Shown in pieces: positions 27,360-37,397 of a stretch of DNA of 64,000 nucleotides. The position numbers and the translations under genes are program-made. Within the stretch, counting starts at the first letter, position 1. Every line of letters begins with the position of its first letter. The stretch spans positions 50,256 through 114,255 of the forward strand of contig JAZQDC010000013.1 of assembly GCA_045546575.1 (NCBI GenBank), given 5' to 3'. This DNA is from Lachnospiraceae bacterium. GTDB lineage: Bacteria > Bacillota > Clostridia > Lachnospirales > Lachnospiraceae. The notes below the pieces were generated by a model. The model had not been told where the DNA came from. It saw nothing but the letters and a program-made list of their open reading frames with translations, and searched no databases.

Positions 27360-29512
27360 TGTGCAATTGTTGTGACAAGACGAAGAAGCCTTACTACATT
27401 ACCACCGCCATTGCGTACACCTCGGGTAAGCCCCACATCGGCAACACCTACGAGGCGATTTTGGCGGATGCCATTGCGCGTTTCAAGCGTTACGAGGGCT
27501 ACGATGTATTTTTCCAGACCGGTACGGATGAGCATGGTCAGAAGATTGAGATTAAGGCAATGGAGTCCGAGACCACACCCAAGGCATTTGTCGATGAGGT
27601 GGCAGGGACCATTCGCGGTATCTGGGATCTCGTTGGCACGTCCTACGACAAGTTCATCCGCACCACCGACGCGGATCACGAGCGTCAGGTGCAGAAGATT
27701 TTTAAGAAGCTCTACGACAAGGGCGACATCTACAAGGGAAGCTACGAGGGCTTGTATTGTACTCCTTGTGAGTCCTTCTGGACCGAGTCGCAGCTCGTGG
27801 ATGGCAAATGCCCGGACTGTGGTCGTGACGTGCAGCCCGCCAAGGAGGAGGCGTATTTCTTCCGTATGAGCAAGTACGCGGATCGCTTGATCGAGCATAT
27901 CAACACCCATCCCGAGTTTATTCAGCCCGTGAGCCGCAAGAACGAGATGATGAACAACTTCCTGTTGCCGGGACTTCAGGATCTGTGCGTGTCCCGTACG
28001 TCATTTAAGTGGGGCGTGCCCGTGGATTTTGATGATCGCCACGTGGTATACGTGTGGCTGGACGCCCTCACCAACTATATCACCGGTATCGGCTACGATG
28101 CGGACGGTGACAGCACCGAGCAGTTTGGCAAATTGTGGCCCGCAGACTTGCATCTGATCGGCAAGGACATCATTCGTTTCCATACGATTTATTGGCCCAT
28201 CTTCCTCATGGCTCTGGATGTGCCTCTTCCGAAGCAGGTGTTCGGTCATCCTTGGCTGCTGCAGGGTGGCGAGAAGATGAGCAAGAGCCGCGGCAATGTG
28301 ATCTATGCCGACGACCTTGTGAAATTGTTCGGCGTAGACGCGGTGCGCTATTTCGTATTGCATGAGATGCCTTTCGAAAATGACGGCGTGATTACCTGGG
28401 AGCTCATGGTGGAGCGTACCAACTCCGACCTTGCCAACACCCTTGGTAACCTCGTAAATCGTACCATTTCCATGACCAACAAGTACTTTGGCGGCGTTGT
28501 GAAGAAGACCGGCGTAGAGGAAGAGGTGGACGCAGATCTGAAGGCCGTTGTCACCGGTACGAAGGCCAAGGTTGCTGCGAAGATGGACGGTCTGCGTGTG
28601 GCGGATGCCATTTCCGAGATCTTCACGCTGTTCAAGCGTTGCAATAAGTACATTGATGAGACCATGCCTTGGGCACTTGCCAAGGATGAGAGCAAGCAGG
28701 ACCGTCTTGCAGAGGTGCTCTACAACTTGACGGAGTCTATCGTAATCGGCGCAAGCCTCTTAGAGAGCTTCTTGCCGGAGACTGCACAGAAGATTGCGGC
28801 ACAGCTGGGTACGGAGCTTCGTGCATATGACGCTACCGAAGAGTTCGGTCTGTACGAGAGCGGTAATAAGGTAACGGATGCACCTCAGATTCTCTTCGCT
28901 CGTCTGGATTGGAAGGAGATCGCTCCCAAGGTGGAGGAGATTCAGGCGGCACAGAAGGCAGAGTACGAAGCAGAGCAGGCACGTATCGCCGCAGTGTATG
29001 CGAAGAACGGCAAAGGTGTAAATGCACCTGCCGAAGGTAGTGCTACGGGAGCGACCTGTGCAGGTGGTGTCGGAGTCGGTGTGGCCGGCGCAAGTGCATG
29101 TGGTTGCGGCACGGCAGCAGGTACCAAGTCCACGGAGGAGATTCTTGCCGAGGCAGAGACTCGCTTTATTGACCTTGAAGCCAAGGAAGAGATTGAGTAC
29201 GACGACTTCGCTCGTATGCAGTTCCAGGTGGGCGTAATCCTCAAGTGCGAGGAAGTGCCCAAGTCCAAGAAGCTCCTGTGCTCTCAGGTGAAGGTGGGTA
29301 GCAAGGTGCTCCAGATCGTATCCGGTATCAAGAAGGCGTACAGCCCTGAGCAAATGGTAGGCAAGCGTGTTATGGTTCTTGTGAATTTAAAGCCCGCCAA
29401 GCTGGCAGGACTCACCTCCGAAGGTATGCTTCTGTGTGCCGAGGACGAAAATGGCGAACTCTCCTTGATGGTACCTGAGAAGGATATGCCCGCAGGAGCG
29501 GAGATCTGCTAA
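27360..29512 (+). CDS. metG: Methionyl-tRNA synthetase with C-terminal EMAP/Trbp111-like tRNA-binding domain
   Basis: HIGN-type motif (KPHIGNTYEAI), KMSKS motif, Zn-knuckle cysteines, C-terminal OB-fold domain. The linker carries a Gly/Ala/Cys low-complexity insert. Confidence 0.97.
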
Positions 29513-29598
29513 TCTGACATGTGGCATCACGGGAGTACTGCGGGAGTGGTCTGTTGTGTGTCAGTGTCTGATGAAACAAGGGAATAGATAAGGAATAA

Positions 29599-29633
29599 GG
29601 GACAGAGTGCGTATGCTTCTGTCCCTTTTGGTT
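29599..29633 (+). terminator. Rho-independent terminator after metG
   Basis: GGGACAGAG...TCTGTCCC followed by TTTTGGTT. Confidence 0.7.
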
Positions 29634-29805
29634 CATTTGCCGGTGAGTGCATGATATAACGTCGAAAATATATTAACTTTGTGTTACATTTCGCCTCTTC
29701 CGTTGTTTTTTTTGTTGTTTTGTTATATAGTTAGTATGTGATGGTGGACATTGCGTGTGAGAATACAGAGAATCTACGAATGCAACGCTATATAAGGGAG
29801 GCAAT

Positions 29806-31702
29806 TATGGGGCGATTTATGAAAGAGTTGAGATATTCCATGAAGATGCGTAGGCATCTATTCTTTTTGATGCTTGTTTGGTTTGCGGTAACCACGGCAT
29901 TATGGCTATTCCAGGGAACGGTTTTGCAAGAGCTTAAGAGCTCATTTCCCGGGGATTACGGCGTGAAGACATCGGGAACTGCCAAGGAATATAAGGTGGC
30001 GGGGTATTACGATGAGATGGCCTCTGTGACCGACAGCGATCTAAAGGCGGAACTTCGTTTCAATCAGAAGTTGCACAGCGCGGATTGGATGGACTACCGC
30101 GAGATCGTGGTGGACAACCTCTATGTGCGCGCATATTCGGGAACCGATCTGGCGATTGTCGGTTACGAGCAGGGCGATTATGTGGACAATAAGGACGTGG
30201 ATGTGGAAGGTACGCTTCACAGTCTGATTAATACCATTTGGATGGATTATGCAGCGGTGGAAGAGGCTAAGCTCGGTCTCTATGCTGAGAAACTGTTTCA
30301 GTATCCCAATGACTACATAGATCGTATGTTTGTTGTGCTGGGTGCGGGCCTGGAAGGTGATTACCAAGTTGGCGATGTAATGGAAGTAAGAACGGACTAT
30401 GGTTCTATGGACGCTTATGTTAGAGGCTTTTTGAACAAAGGTGCCAAAGCGGAACTGAACGGTAAGAGTATCAATCTGGATTACTTTATTGTGTGCCCGC
30501 TGGATAATATGGACAATATTTACGGTGGCGATGACGAGGCGGCTGAGACGTACGTGTCGCCGATATTCTTACATCATACAGCATTGACAGAGGATATGTC
30601 TGTCTGTGATAATACTTTGAATAATGCCACTATGGTCACAGACGATAAGGAGTATCGTGCGGTGAAGAGTCTCTGGTTGTCCCGTGATGTACTGAAGAGT
30701 ACGGAGACGGATCCGGAGTGGATTCAGAAACTGGCCAAGAGTCAGAATGCAATGTATAACAGCATTGCGCTTGGTAGCAACTATGAAGTTACCGGACTTG
30801 GCAAGATCGGTAGTTCCATGGATGTGAAGGGTATCGATTCGATTCTTTCTTGTGTGTGTACGCAGGTGTTGCCGGCGGGAACTACCATAACGGTAGACGG
30901 CAAGGAGATTTGCTTGGATGATTATATTGTCTTCGTTCAGCCGGATTATGAAGTGATTTATTCTGAGGAAGGTGAGGCGCCCGGTGCACCGGTATCCCCC
31001 ACGCCTGCTCCCGATGCAGGGGCCGGTGAGGATGTGAATCAAGACGGGGAAGATGTGATTACGCCGGATGATTCGGATGTTTCTACAGAGATGATTGTGA
31101 ATACGTACAGTGTGGCAGAACGTTCGAAGTTATTCTATATTCTCTTCCTGAAGAACCGTGGTTACTTTGAGACCACTTATGCGCCAAATGAGGCACAGCG
31201 TAAGCTCACTGTCATGGTAGAGGACGCATGGAAGAACTTCTACTTGGAGAATGAGAATAAGGACGCGATAACCACCTATACCGTTCGCGAAGCAGATGCG
31301 GCAAATAGCATCTTGTATCGTCAGGACATTGCCACATTGCAAGGCAAGATGAAGACAATTGCTAAGGTGGGCCTGTGGCTTGGTTTGGCACTGTTGGTGT
31401 TGTATTATTTCCTGAAACTTCGCAGAGGTAAGGATTATTATACTGCCATTGTACTGACCGGAACCTCTTCGGTTGAGGTTATGGTATTGTTCCTGCTTGA
31501 GGGGGCACTCCTGTTCGTTCTTGCAAATGCGGTGGGTTATGTAGGTTGTTTCGTTATCTGTAAACTATTGCATCTGCAGATGATAGGTATCGGCGGTATT
31601 GTGAAGTGGAATCTGTTGGTGATCGGATTGCCTACGCTGGCCATTTCCGTATGGGTGCTGATTCGTGACTACGGAAGAATGTTCCGTAGAGTAAGGGGGT
31701 AA
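29806..31702 (+). CDS. FtsX/MacB-type ABC transporter permease with a large extracytoplasmic domain
   Basis: N-terminal TM, an extracellular domain of about 480 aa, and C-terminal 3-TM FtsX region. Confidence 0.7.
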
Positions 31703-31706
31703 CGAG

Positions 31707-32723
31707 ATGGCATTAGAGGTTAGAGGAATTACCAAAGCATTTGGTATCGGCAATCGACGCAGTACCGTTTTGAGTCGTTTCTCCATGACGGTTGAGGATG
31801 GAGAGATGGTTGCGGTTGTTGGCAAGAAACGTAGCGGCAAGAGTACGCTTATGAATATTCTCGGCGGAATGTCGCGTCCGGATTCGGGAATCTATCGAGT
31901 GGACGGCAAGCAAGTACATCCGTGGAACCCATTTGCTATGGCAATGTTGCGAAGCCGTAAGTTCGGAATTATTACAAGAGAACCATTGTTGGTTCAGGAC
32001 ATGACCGTATATGAGAACATTATGATGCCCCTGAGTCATCGCCTTATGACGCATAAGACGAAGATGAAGCGTGCGAAGGATCTGTTGCGTAGTTTGGGCA
32101 TGAAGGGAAAGGGGAAGTTCTATCCCCACGAGCTTACCGAGCTGGAGCAGCAGAAGGTATGTGCCGCAAGAGCTATGATTACCGAACCCAAGTATCTGTT
32201 AGCAGATGAACCAACGGCGTGTCTGGTGTCCAGCGATGTGGATCGTTTTCTGGACTTCTTGGAAGTGTTGAATAGTGCGGGCTATACCATCGTAATTGCT
32301 ACCCATAGCAAACGTGTGGCCAGTCGGTGTCACCGCATGATTCCCATTACCGGTCAGGAACCGGAATCCGCAGAAGTGCAGGTCATGGCAGCCGAAGAGA
32401 TGCCGGAGGTTCCGGGACATACGGTTGCCGGAACGGCACAGGGTCCTACTTCGGAAGAAGAGGCGTATCTGCGTGGTGTGGAGTCTGAGGATTCCGAGGA
32501 GGAGTTGGAGAATAGGATTCGTGAGAATCTCAGTGCCATGGGAATGGCAGGAGAGATTCCGGCCCAGCCAAAGGGTCCGACTCAGGGCAGTACTCCCGAG
32601 AGAGAAGCGGCAGAGGTAGAGATGATTGAAGTCATGGCCAACACCGGTAATCTGGCACTGTCCTCTATCATGGAGGAAGAATTGGAGAAGAGCTTGCAAC
32701 TGAACGTGGAGCATCTGATGTAG
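31707..32723 (+). CDS. ABC transporter ATP-binding protein with degenerate signature and Q-loop and a long acidic C-terminal tail
   Basis: Walker A GKKRSGKST and Walker B LLADEPT are present, but LSGGQ is replaced by LTELEQQ and there is no Q-loop glutamine. Glu-rich C-terminal extension of about 120 aa. Confidence 0.7.
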   Translation: MALEVRGITKAFGIGNRRSTVLSRFSMTVEDGEMVAVVGKKRSGKSTLMNILGGMSRPDSGIYRVDGKQVHPWNPFAMAMLRSRKFGIITREPLLVQDMTVYENIMMPLSHRLMTHKTKMKRAKDLLRSLGMKGKGKFYPHELTELEQQKVCAARAMITEPKYLLADEPTACLVSSDVDRFLDFLEVLNSAGYTIVIATHSKRVASRCHRMIPITGQEPESAEVQVMAAEEMPEVPGHTVAGTAQGPTSEEEAYLRGVESEDSEEELENRIRENLSAMGMAGEIPAQPKGPTQGSTPEREAAEVEMIEVMANTGNLALSSIMEEELEKSLQLNVEHLM

Positions 32724-32804
32724 TTACCGGAGAGGAAGTCCCGGTCGTCTGCATCGATGAGAGGTAGTGGAATAAGCGTTTAGGGGTTCACCGAGAAAGA
32801 TGTT

Positions 32805-32945
32805 TGTGTACGTGCAGAGAGTGTGAACACATATAGAGAGTATGTGTATATGCAGAGAGTGTGAACACACATAGAGAGTATGTGTATATGCAGAGAGTGT
32901 GAACACATATAAAGAGTATGTGTATATGCGGAGATTCTGTGTACG
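32805..32945. repeat. Tandem repeat: about 3.5 copies of a 39-bp unit (GCAGAGAGTGTGAACACATATAGAGAGTATGTGTATAT)
   Basis: Directly visible. No unique spacers, so not CRISPR. The ORFs called across it are artefacts. Confidence 0.8.
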
Positions 32946-33003
32946 CGAAGAGAAGTCTTTCTACAAAATAAAGAGGAACAAAGTTGTTAAGGAGTAGAGC
33001 GTA

Positions 33004-34512
33004 ATGAGTGTACAATCCGGAGCCAAATGGAAGAGAAGTGCCGGAGTGCTAATGCCTATATTCTCGTTACCGAGTCCCTACGGAATCGGTACTTTGGGTA
33101 AGGCGGCATATGAGTTTGTGGATTTTGTTAAGGAGATGGGACATCATTATTGGCAGGTACTGCCCGTAGGCCCCACCAGTTATGGTGATAGTCCGTATCA
33201 GTCGTATTCTGCGTTTGCCGGCAATCCATATTTTATTGATTTTGATATGTTGATTGAGGAAGGATTGCTGACAAGGGAAGAGGCTGACGCAGAGTATTAC
33301 GGTACGGAGCCGCGGTACGTGGACTATGGTGCTCAGTTCGGAAGTCGATATGTGGTGTTACGCAAGGCATTTGCCCGTAGTAAGCACGGGGAGACCGAAG
33401 AATATCTTGCATTTTTGAAGAAGAGTGCATACTGGCTGGATGATTATGCGTTGTTTATGGCCATTAAGGAGCGGGAAGGCTTCCGTAGCTGGCAAGAGTG
33501 GACGGACAAGGCTTTACGCCTTCATAAGCCGGCAGCGGTAAAGCGTGCAAAAGAGGAATTGGCAGAGGAGATGGAATTCCAGAAATTCATGCAGTTCCAA
33601 TTCTTCCGTCAGTGGAATGCATTGCACGAGTATGCCAAGGAGGCAGATATAGAGATCATCGGAGATATTCCGCTGTATGTCTCTATGGATAGTGCCGAGA
33701 CGTGGGCACATAGTGAGCTTTTCGAGCTGGATATTGACCGTAATGCGGTGAATATCGCCGGAGTTCCGCCGGATGCATTTAGCGCAGAAGGTCAGCGTTG
33801 GGGCAATCCATTGTATCGTTGGGATGTGATGGAAGCGAAGAATTTCCGCTGGTGGCGTGAACGTATGAAAGCCAATGCCGAGCTCTTCGATGTAATTCGT
33901 ATCGATCATTTCATTGGTATTGTGAACTATTGGTCTATCCCTGCCAGATGCAAGACCGCTAAGGGCGGCAAATGGCTGAAGGGACCCGGAGAGAAACTCA
34001 CCAATGTCATTGACAAGGCAGCCAAGGGCGCAAAGATTATCGCAGAGGACTTGGGTGTTCTGACAAAGCCGGTGAAGGATCTAATTGCCCAGTGCGGTTA
34101 TCCGGGTATGAAGGTAATCGAGTTTGGAGTATCCGGAGATCCTTCCAATGACTATCTTATGCACAACTATCAGTCTCCGAATTGTATTGCTTACATCGGA
34201 ACTCATGACAATGAGACCTTAGCAGGTTTCTTGCAGGGTTGTGAAGAGAAGGACATCTACTGGATGATGGGCTACTTCGGGATCTTGAAGAAGGAAGAAC
34301 TTCATGACCAGATGATTCGACGACTCTATGAGAGCATTGCCAACGTAGTCATTATTCAGATTCAAGATTTCTTGCATTTGGACAACTCCGCGAGAATCAA
34401 TCACCCGTCTACTCTGGGTAGCAACTGGCAGTGGCGTATGTTGCCCGGAGAGACTGAGAAGATTGACAAGGCATACTATCGTTGGGTATGTGAGATGTTC
34501 GGTCGCATTTAG
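33004..34512 (+). CDS. malQ: 4-alpha-glucanotransferase (amylomaltase, GH77)
   Basis: SAGVLMPIFSLPSPYGIGTLGKAAYEFVDF...GDSPYQSYSAFAGNPYFID is the typical MalQ N-terminus. Confidence 0.93.
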   Translation: MSVQSGAKWKRSAGVLMPIFSLPSPYGIGTLGKAAYEFVDFVKEMGHHYWQVLPVGPTSYGDSPYQSYSAFAGNPYFIDFDMLIEEGLLTREEADAEYYGTEPRYVDYGAQFGSRYVVLRKAFARSKHGETEEYLAFLKKSAYWLDDYALFMAIKEREGFRSWQEWTDKALRLHKPAAVKRAKEELAEEMEFQKFMQFQFFRQWNALHEYAKEADIEIIGDIPLYVSMDSAETWAHSELFELDIDRNAVNIAGVPPDAFSAEGQRWGNPLYRWDVMEAKNFRWWRERMKANAELFDVIRIDHFIGIVNYWSIPARCKTAKGGKWLKGPGEKLTNVIDKAAKGAKIIAEDLGVLTKPVKDLIAQCGYPGMKVIEFGVSGDPSNDYLMHNYQSPNCIAYIGTHDNETLAGFLQGCEEKDIYWMMGYFGILKKEELHDQMIRRLYESIANVVIIQIQDFLHLDNSARINHPSTLGSNWQWRMLPGETEKIDKAYYRWVCEMFGRI

Positions 34513-34775
34513 TTTGGGCGATATATCTTGCGTTCTACAATGACGCGAGTGGAAGTTTGAAATATTCTAATATCTGAAGATACAAATTGATATATTTAGA
34601 TACATGTTGATGCGTTATGATATATTGTTGATACATTATGCTGCATGTTGATATATTAAGATACGGCACCACTCCTTGTGAGTAGATTATGTGCGAGAAC
34701 CATTTGGTTTTCACGTTTCTACTTTCAAGCAGTGGTGCCGTATTGTGTTATACCTCGCTTCAAATGAGGGGGCGT

Positions 34776-35885
34776 TTATTTCTGAACGGACGTCCCCTTC
34801 ATCAGTGCGGTCAACTGGGTGAGCACGCCGTCATTGCCGTTCAGGCTTATGTTGCCGACGTTGCTACAGATCTTCTCCAAGAATTCCAGCTCCTTTAAGC
34901 GATACAGTGTCTGATTCTCGTCCATGAGCTTGGCAGTATTCAGCAAGGAACGAGTGGAGGCAACCTCCTCACGTCTTGTGATTACATTAGCCTGAGCTCT
35001 CTTCTCGGCAATCAGTACGGTGTTCATGATATCGCGTACGTCTCCGGGGAGAATGATATCTTTCACACCGGCATCGCAGATGTCTACATAGAGAACTTTC
35101 GATTTCTCCTGCAATTTTTCAAAGACATAGTTGCTCAGCAACTCTTTGTTCTCCAAGAGTTCGTCAATGCGGTAGCGACTCACGAATTCACGAAGAGCCA
35201 ACTGTGCGGCAACGTGCAGTTGTTCCTTGAAGTCATCCACCTCGTTGTAGACCTTCACAAAATCCACGATCTTATAGTTGCATACAAAGTTGATGCGCAA
35301 GGCAACTTTATCCTGAGTCAGGATCTCCTGACCGGTAATGTTGAGCTGCATCAGACGTGTATCCACCAAGTCGTAGGAAACGTGAGTGGTACCATTCCAG
35401 AAGTAGTGAGTACCGGGCTCCAACAGTTTCTCAAAGCGGTTATCGTAGAACAGGCGTGCTTTCTGGTATTCTGCAACCACAATCTTGGTGCGAATTGCAG
35501 GGCCTAATTTGGGCAAGATGTATGCAGGAACCACCGGGGAAATCTCCGGGGTAGAAGTGTCCGCCACAAGGAAGGTGTGCTCCCCTGTTGCATTCCAAAA
35601 AGCATAGTGTCCTGCGGACAGAGCCTCTTCAAATTTGCCGTCCACAAAATGAAGGGCAACCTCTTGGTCCCCTACCATAATTGCGGTAGTTGCTGCCGTG
35701 ACGGTATCGTTCTTTAGCAGAGTGGAAAGGTTGCAAAATGCAGATTCCACAGGGGTGTCTACGGGACATACTTCGATGTCGCGTCCCATAGAAGTGAAGT
35801 ATTTGCCGGGAACCAGCATCTTCACAAATCGGCCATTCTTGAATAACAGTCCTCGTTCATTTTCAGTAATTGTTGTTCTTAACAT
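34776..35885 (-). CDS. SPFH/band-7 (slipin/flotillin-like) protein lacking an N-terminal TM, with a duplicated N-terminal beta segment
   Basis: Core ...QDKVALRINFVCNYKIVDFVKVYNEVDDFKEQLHVAAQLALREFVSRYRIDELL... matches SPFH. No hydrophobic N-terminal helix. Confidence 0.75.
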   Translation of the reverse strand: MLRTTITENERGLLFKNGRFVKMLVPGKYFTSMGRDIEVCPVDTPVESAFCNLSTLLKNDTVTAATTAIMVGDQEVALHFVDGKFEEALSAGHYAFWNATGEHTFLVADTSTPEISPVVPAYILPKLGPAIRTKIVVAEYQKARLFYDNRFEKLLEPGTHYFWNGTTHVSYDLVDTRLMQLNITGQEILTQDKVALRINFVCNYKIVDFVKVYNEVDDFKEQLHVAAQLALREFVSRYRIDELLENKELLSNYVFEKLQEKSKVLYVDICDAGVKDIILPGDVRDIMNTVLIAEKRAQANVITRREEVASTRSLLNTAKLMDENQTLYRLKELEFLEKICSNVGNISLNGNDGVLTQLTALMKGTSVQK

Positions 35886-36395
35886 ATGTAAAATCCTCCG
35901 TGATTAAATTTTCGTTACAATCGTTCATGCGGAAGCAGCGGCAGCAGAATTCAGAAGTGCGTTGTGAGAGTGACAGTGTCGCTTCCCGTCCCGGGGTAAG
36001 CGAATCACTGTGACAGTCAGGCTGCAAATCGGTATCCTTCCGATGGCAGGGCTGTGTCTGCATTGCCGGAATGCACGAGGCTGACTCGTGACAAACGCGG
36101 CGGAACGATTGTGTTCATTTAATATCCTCTTATGAATAAATAAATTTTTGCGCCTTTGGCGCATTGTAGTAGGGTGGGGAGTCGAACCCCTTCACAGAAA
36201 GTGATGCCAAAAACCCAATGCAGTGAACTGCGTTACACAGAACACTCGCATCCTTGCGCAAACTTCCTTGGCATATGCGTTGGTACACCGAGCATACCGC
36301 GGTGATACATGAGACACCGGCATTAAGTATCGCTTGCAAGGACTACTATACGTCATAAGAGGAGAACAATCACGGAAAAAAAGTTGCGAACTTAT

Positions 36396-37397
36396 TTAGT
36401 TTTCAAGGTTCGAAGTCTTGTCTTGCAAGAGCAGTGCATATTGCTTCTGTAACTTAGCACGAATCAAATCAATGAAGGAGGCGGGTTCGATTACCTTTAG
36501 AAATGGTCCAAAGGAGAGTACGCGGATGAGTAATTCGCTTTCATCTTCACTGTTATAGTAAACAGTAATCCGGTAGCGGTCATTCTCCATGCGTTGTGCT
36601 TCCTTCTTAAAGTGAGCAAAATGTAATAGGGCGCGCTCCAGTGCATTTCGCTCATCCTTCAATTCCATGACAATATTGGTTTCATGGGAAGGAGAGAAGG
36701 AGGAAGAAAAAATGCAGTCTGTTTGCACGGAAACAGGGTTAGTTGTAACTAAAGAATGATTCTTCTGTGTGTCAAGTACATTACAGCTGATTATTGAGGC
36801 TAAGCGTAAAGTACGTATATGCTTGGCATTTTCAACAAGAACGCGAAAACAATCGTCCTTCTCAGAATATTCAAGTCCCGTGGGGCGACAAGTGAAGGAC
36901 ATAGAGAGCCCGTTCTTACGTCGATATGTAATATGAAGATTATTCTTCATAGCGATAGCATTTCGAATCGTTGTAAAATTACCGATGTATGCGGGGGCTG
37001 TGTAAGGATCGCCGTTGTTGTATTGGTCAAAATATACGATGTCTTCCGGCTGGTAAAGAGGGGCGATTTCGTCCCAATTCGGGAACTCTGTACAGAGTTT
37101 TTGCAGTTCGGGAAAGAGCAATGCCCGTGGATCTGCCAACAGTGCCTTGAGCCATCGAAGTTCCAAAGTTGTCAACGGACACACCGGCACATGTTTCAAA
37201 GGTGTTGTATAGTCGGGAGACAGTAAAGGCCAGTCCCCGTTTTCCAATGAAGGCACAATTGTAATCGCACTTTCCGAAAAGGTGTGTTTACCGGCAATCT
37301 GGCGGAGACGTTCCTTCGTTAAGGTACCTTCAATCGCAGACGATAGAATGTTTGCTACCGCTTGGTAATAGAGGTTATGTATCTCATGAAATAGCAT
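36396..37397 (-). CDS. WYL-domain transcriptional regulator (WYL plus WCX-like C-terminus)
   Basis: WYL core LHITYRRKNGLSMSFTCRPTGLEY...FRVLV. C-terminus RITVYYNSEDESELLIRVLSFGPFLKVIEP. The start overlaps the upstream stop as TAATG; RBS GGAG. Confidence 0.65.
   Translation of the reverse strand: MLFHEIHNLYYQAVANILSSAIEGTLTKERLRQIAGKHTFSESAITIVPSLENGDWPLLSPDYTTPLKHVPVCPLTTLELRWLKALLADPRALLFPELQKLCTEFPNWDEIAPLYQPEDIVYFDQYNNGDPYTAPAYIGNFTTIRNAIAMKNNLHITYRRKNGLSMSFTCRPTGLEYSEKDDCFRVLVENAKHIRTLRLASIISCNVLDTQKNHSLVTTNPVSVQTDCIFSSSFSPSHETNIVMELKDERNALERALLHFAHFKKEAQRMENDRYRITVYYNSEDESELLIRVLSFGPFLKVIEPASFIDLIRAKLQKQYALLLQDKTSNLEN

Noticed and set aside
27224-29353. Several ORFs of 100-230 aa inside metG on both strands
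   Set aside because: Alternative-frame and antisense shadows of methionyl-tRNA synthetase. Their translations are Arg/Pro/Ser-rich and low-complexity.
32805-32945. Possible CRISPR array
   Set aside because: The repeats are directly adjacent with no unique spacers and no cas genes are nearby, so it is a simple tandem repeat. The 11.9-kb repeat tract was rejected on the same grounds.
32724-33015. Two overlapping minus-strand ORFs (60 and 75 aa) with repeated HTLY/CVHTL motifs
   Set aside because: Artefacts of translating the 39-bp tandem repeat.
36168-36355. Full tRNA, tmRNA or SRP RNA gene
   Set aside because: Only a T-arm-like hairpin and a 6-bp terminal complementarity are present. No D-arm or anticodon arm could be drawn, and no tmRNA tag-reading frame or SRP domain IV motif was found. 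Kept only as a low-confidence finding.
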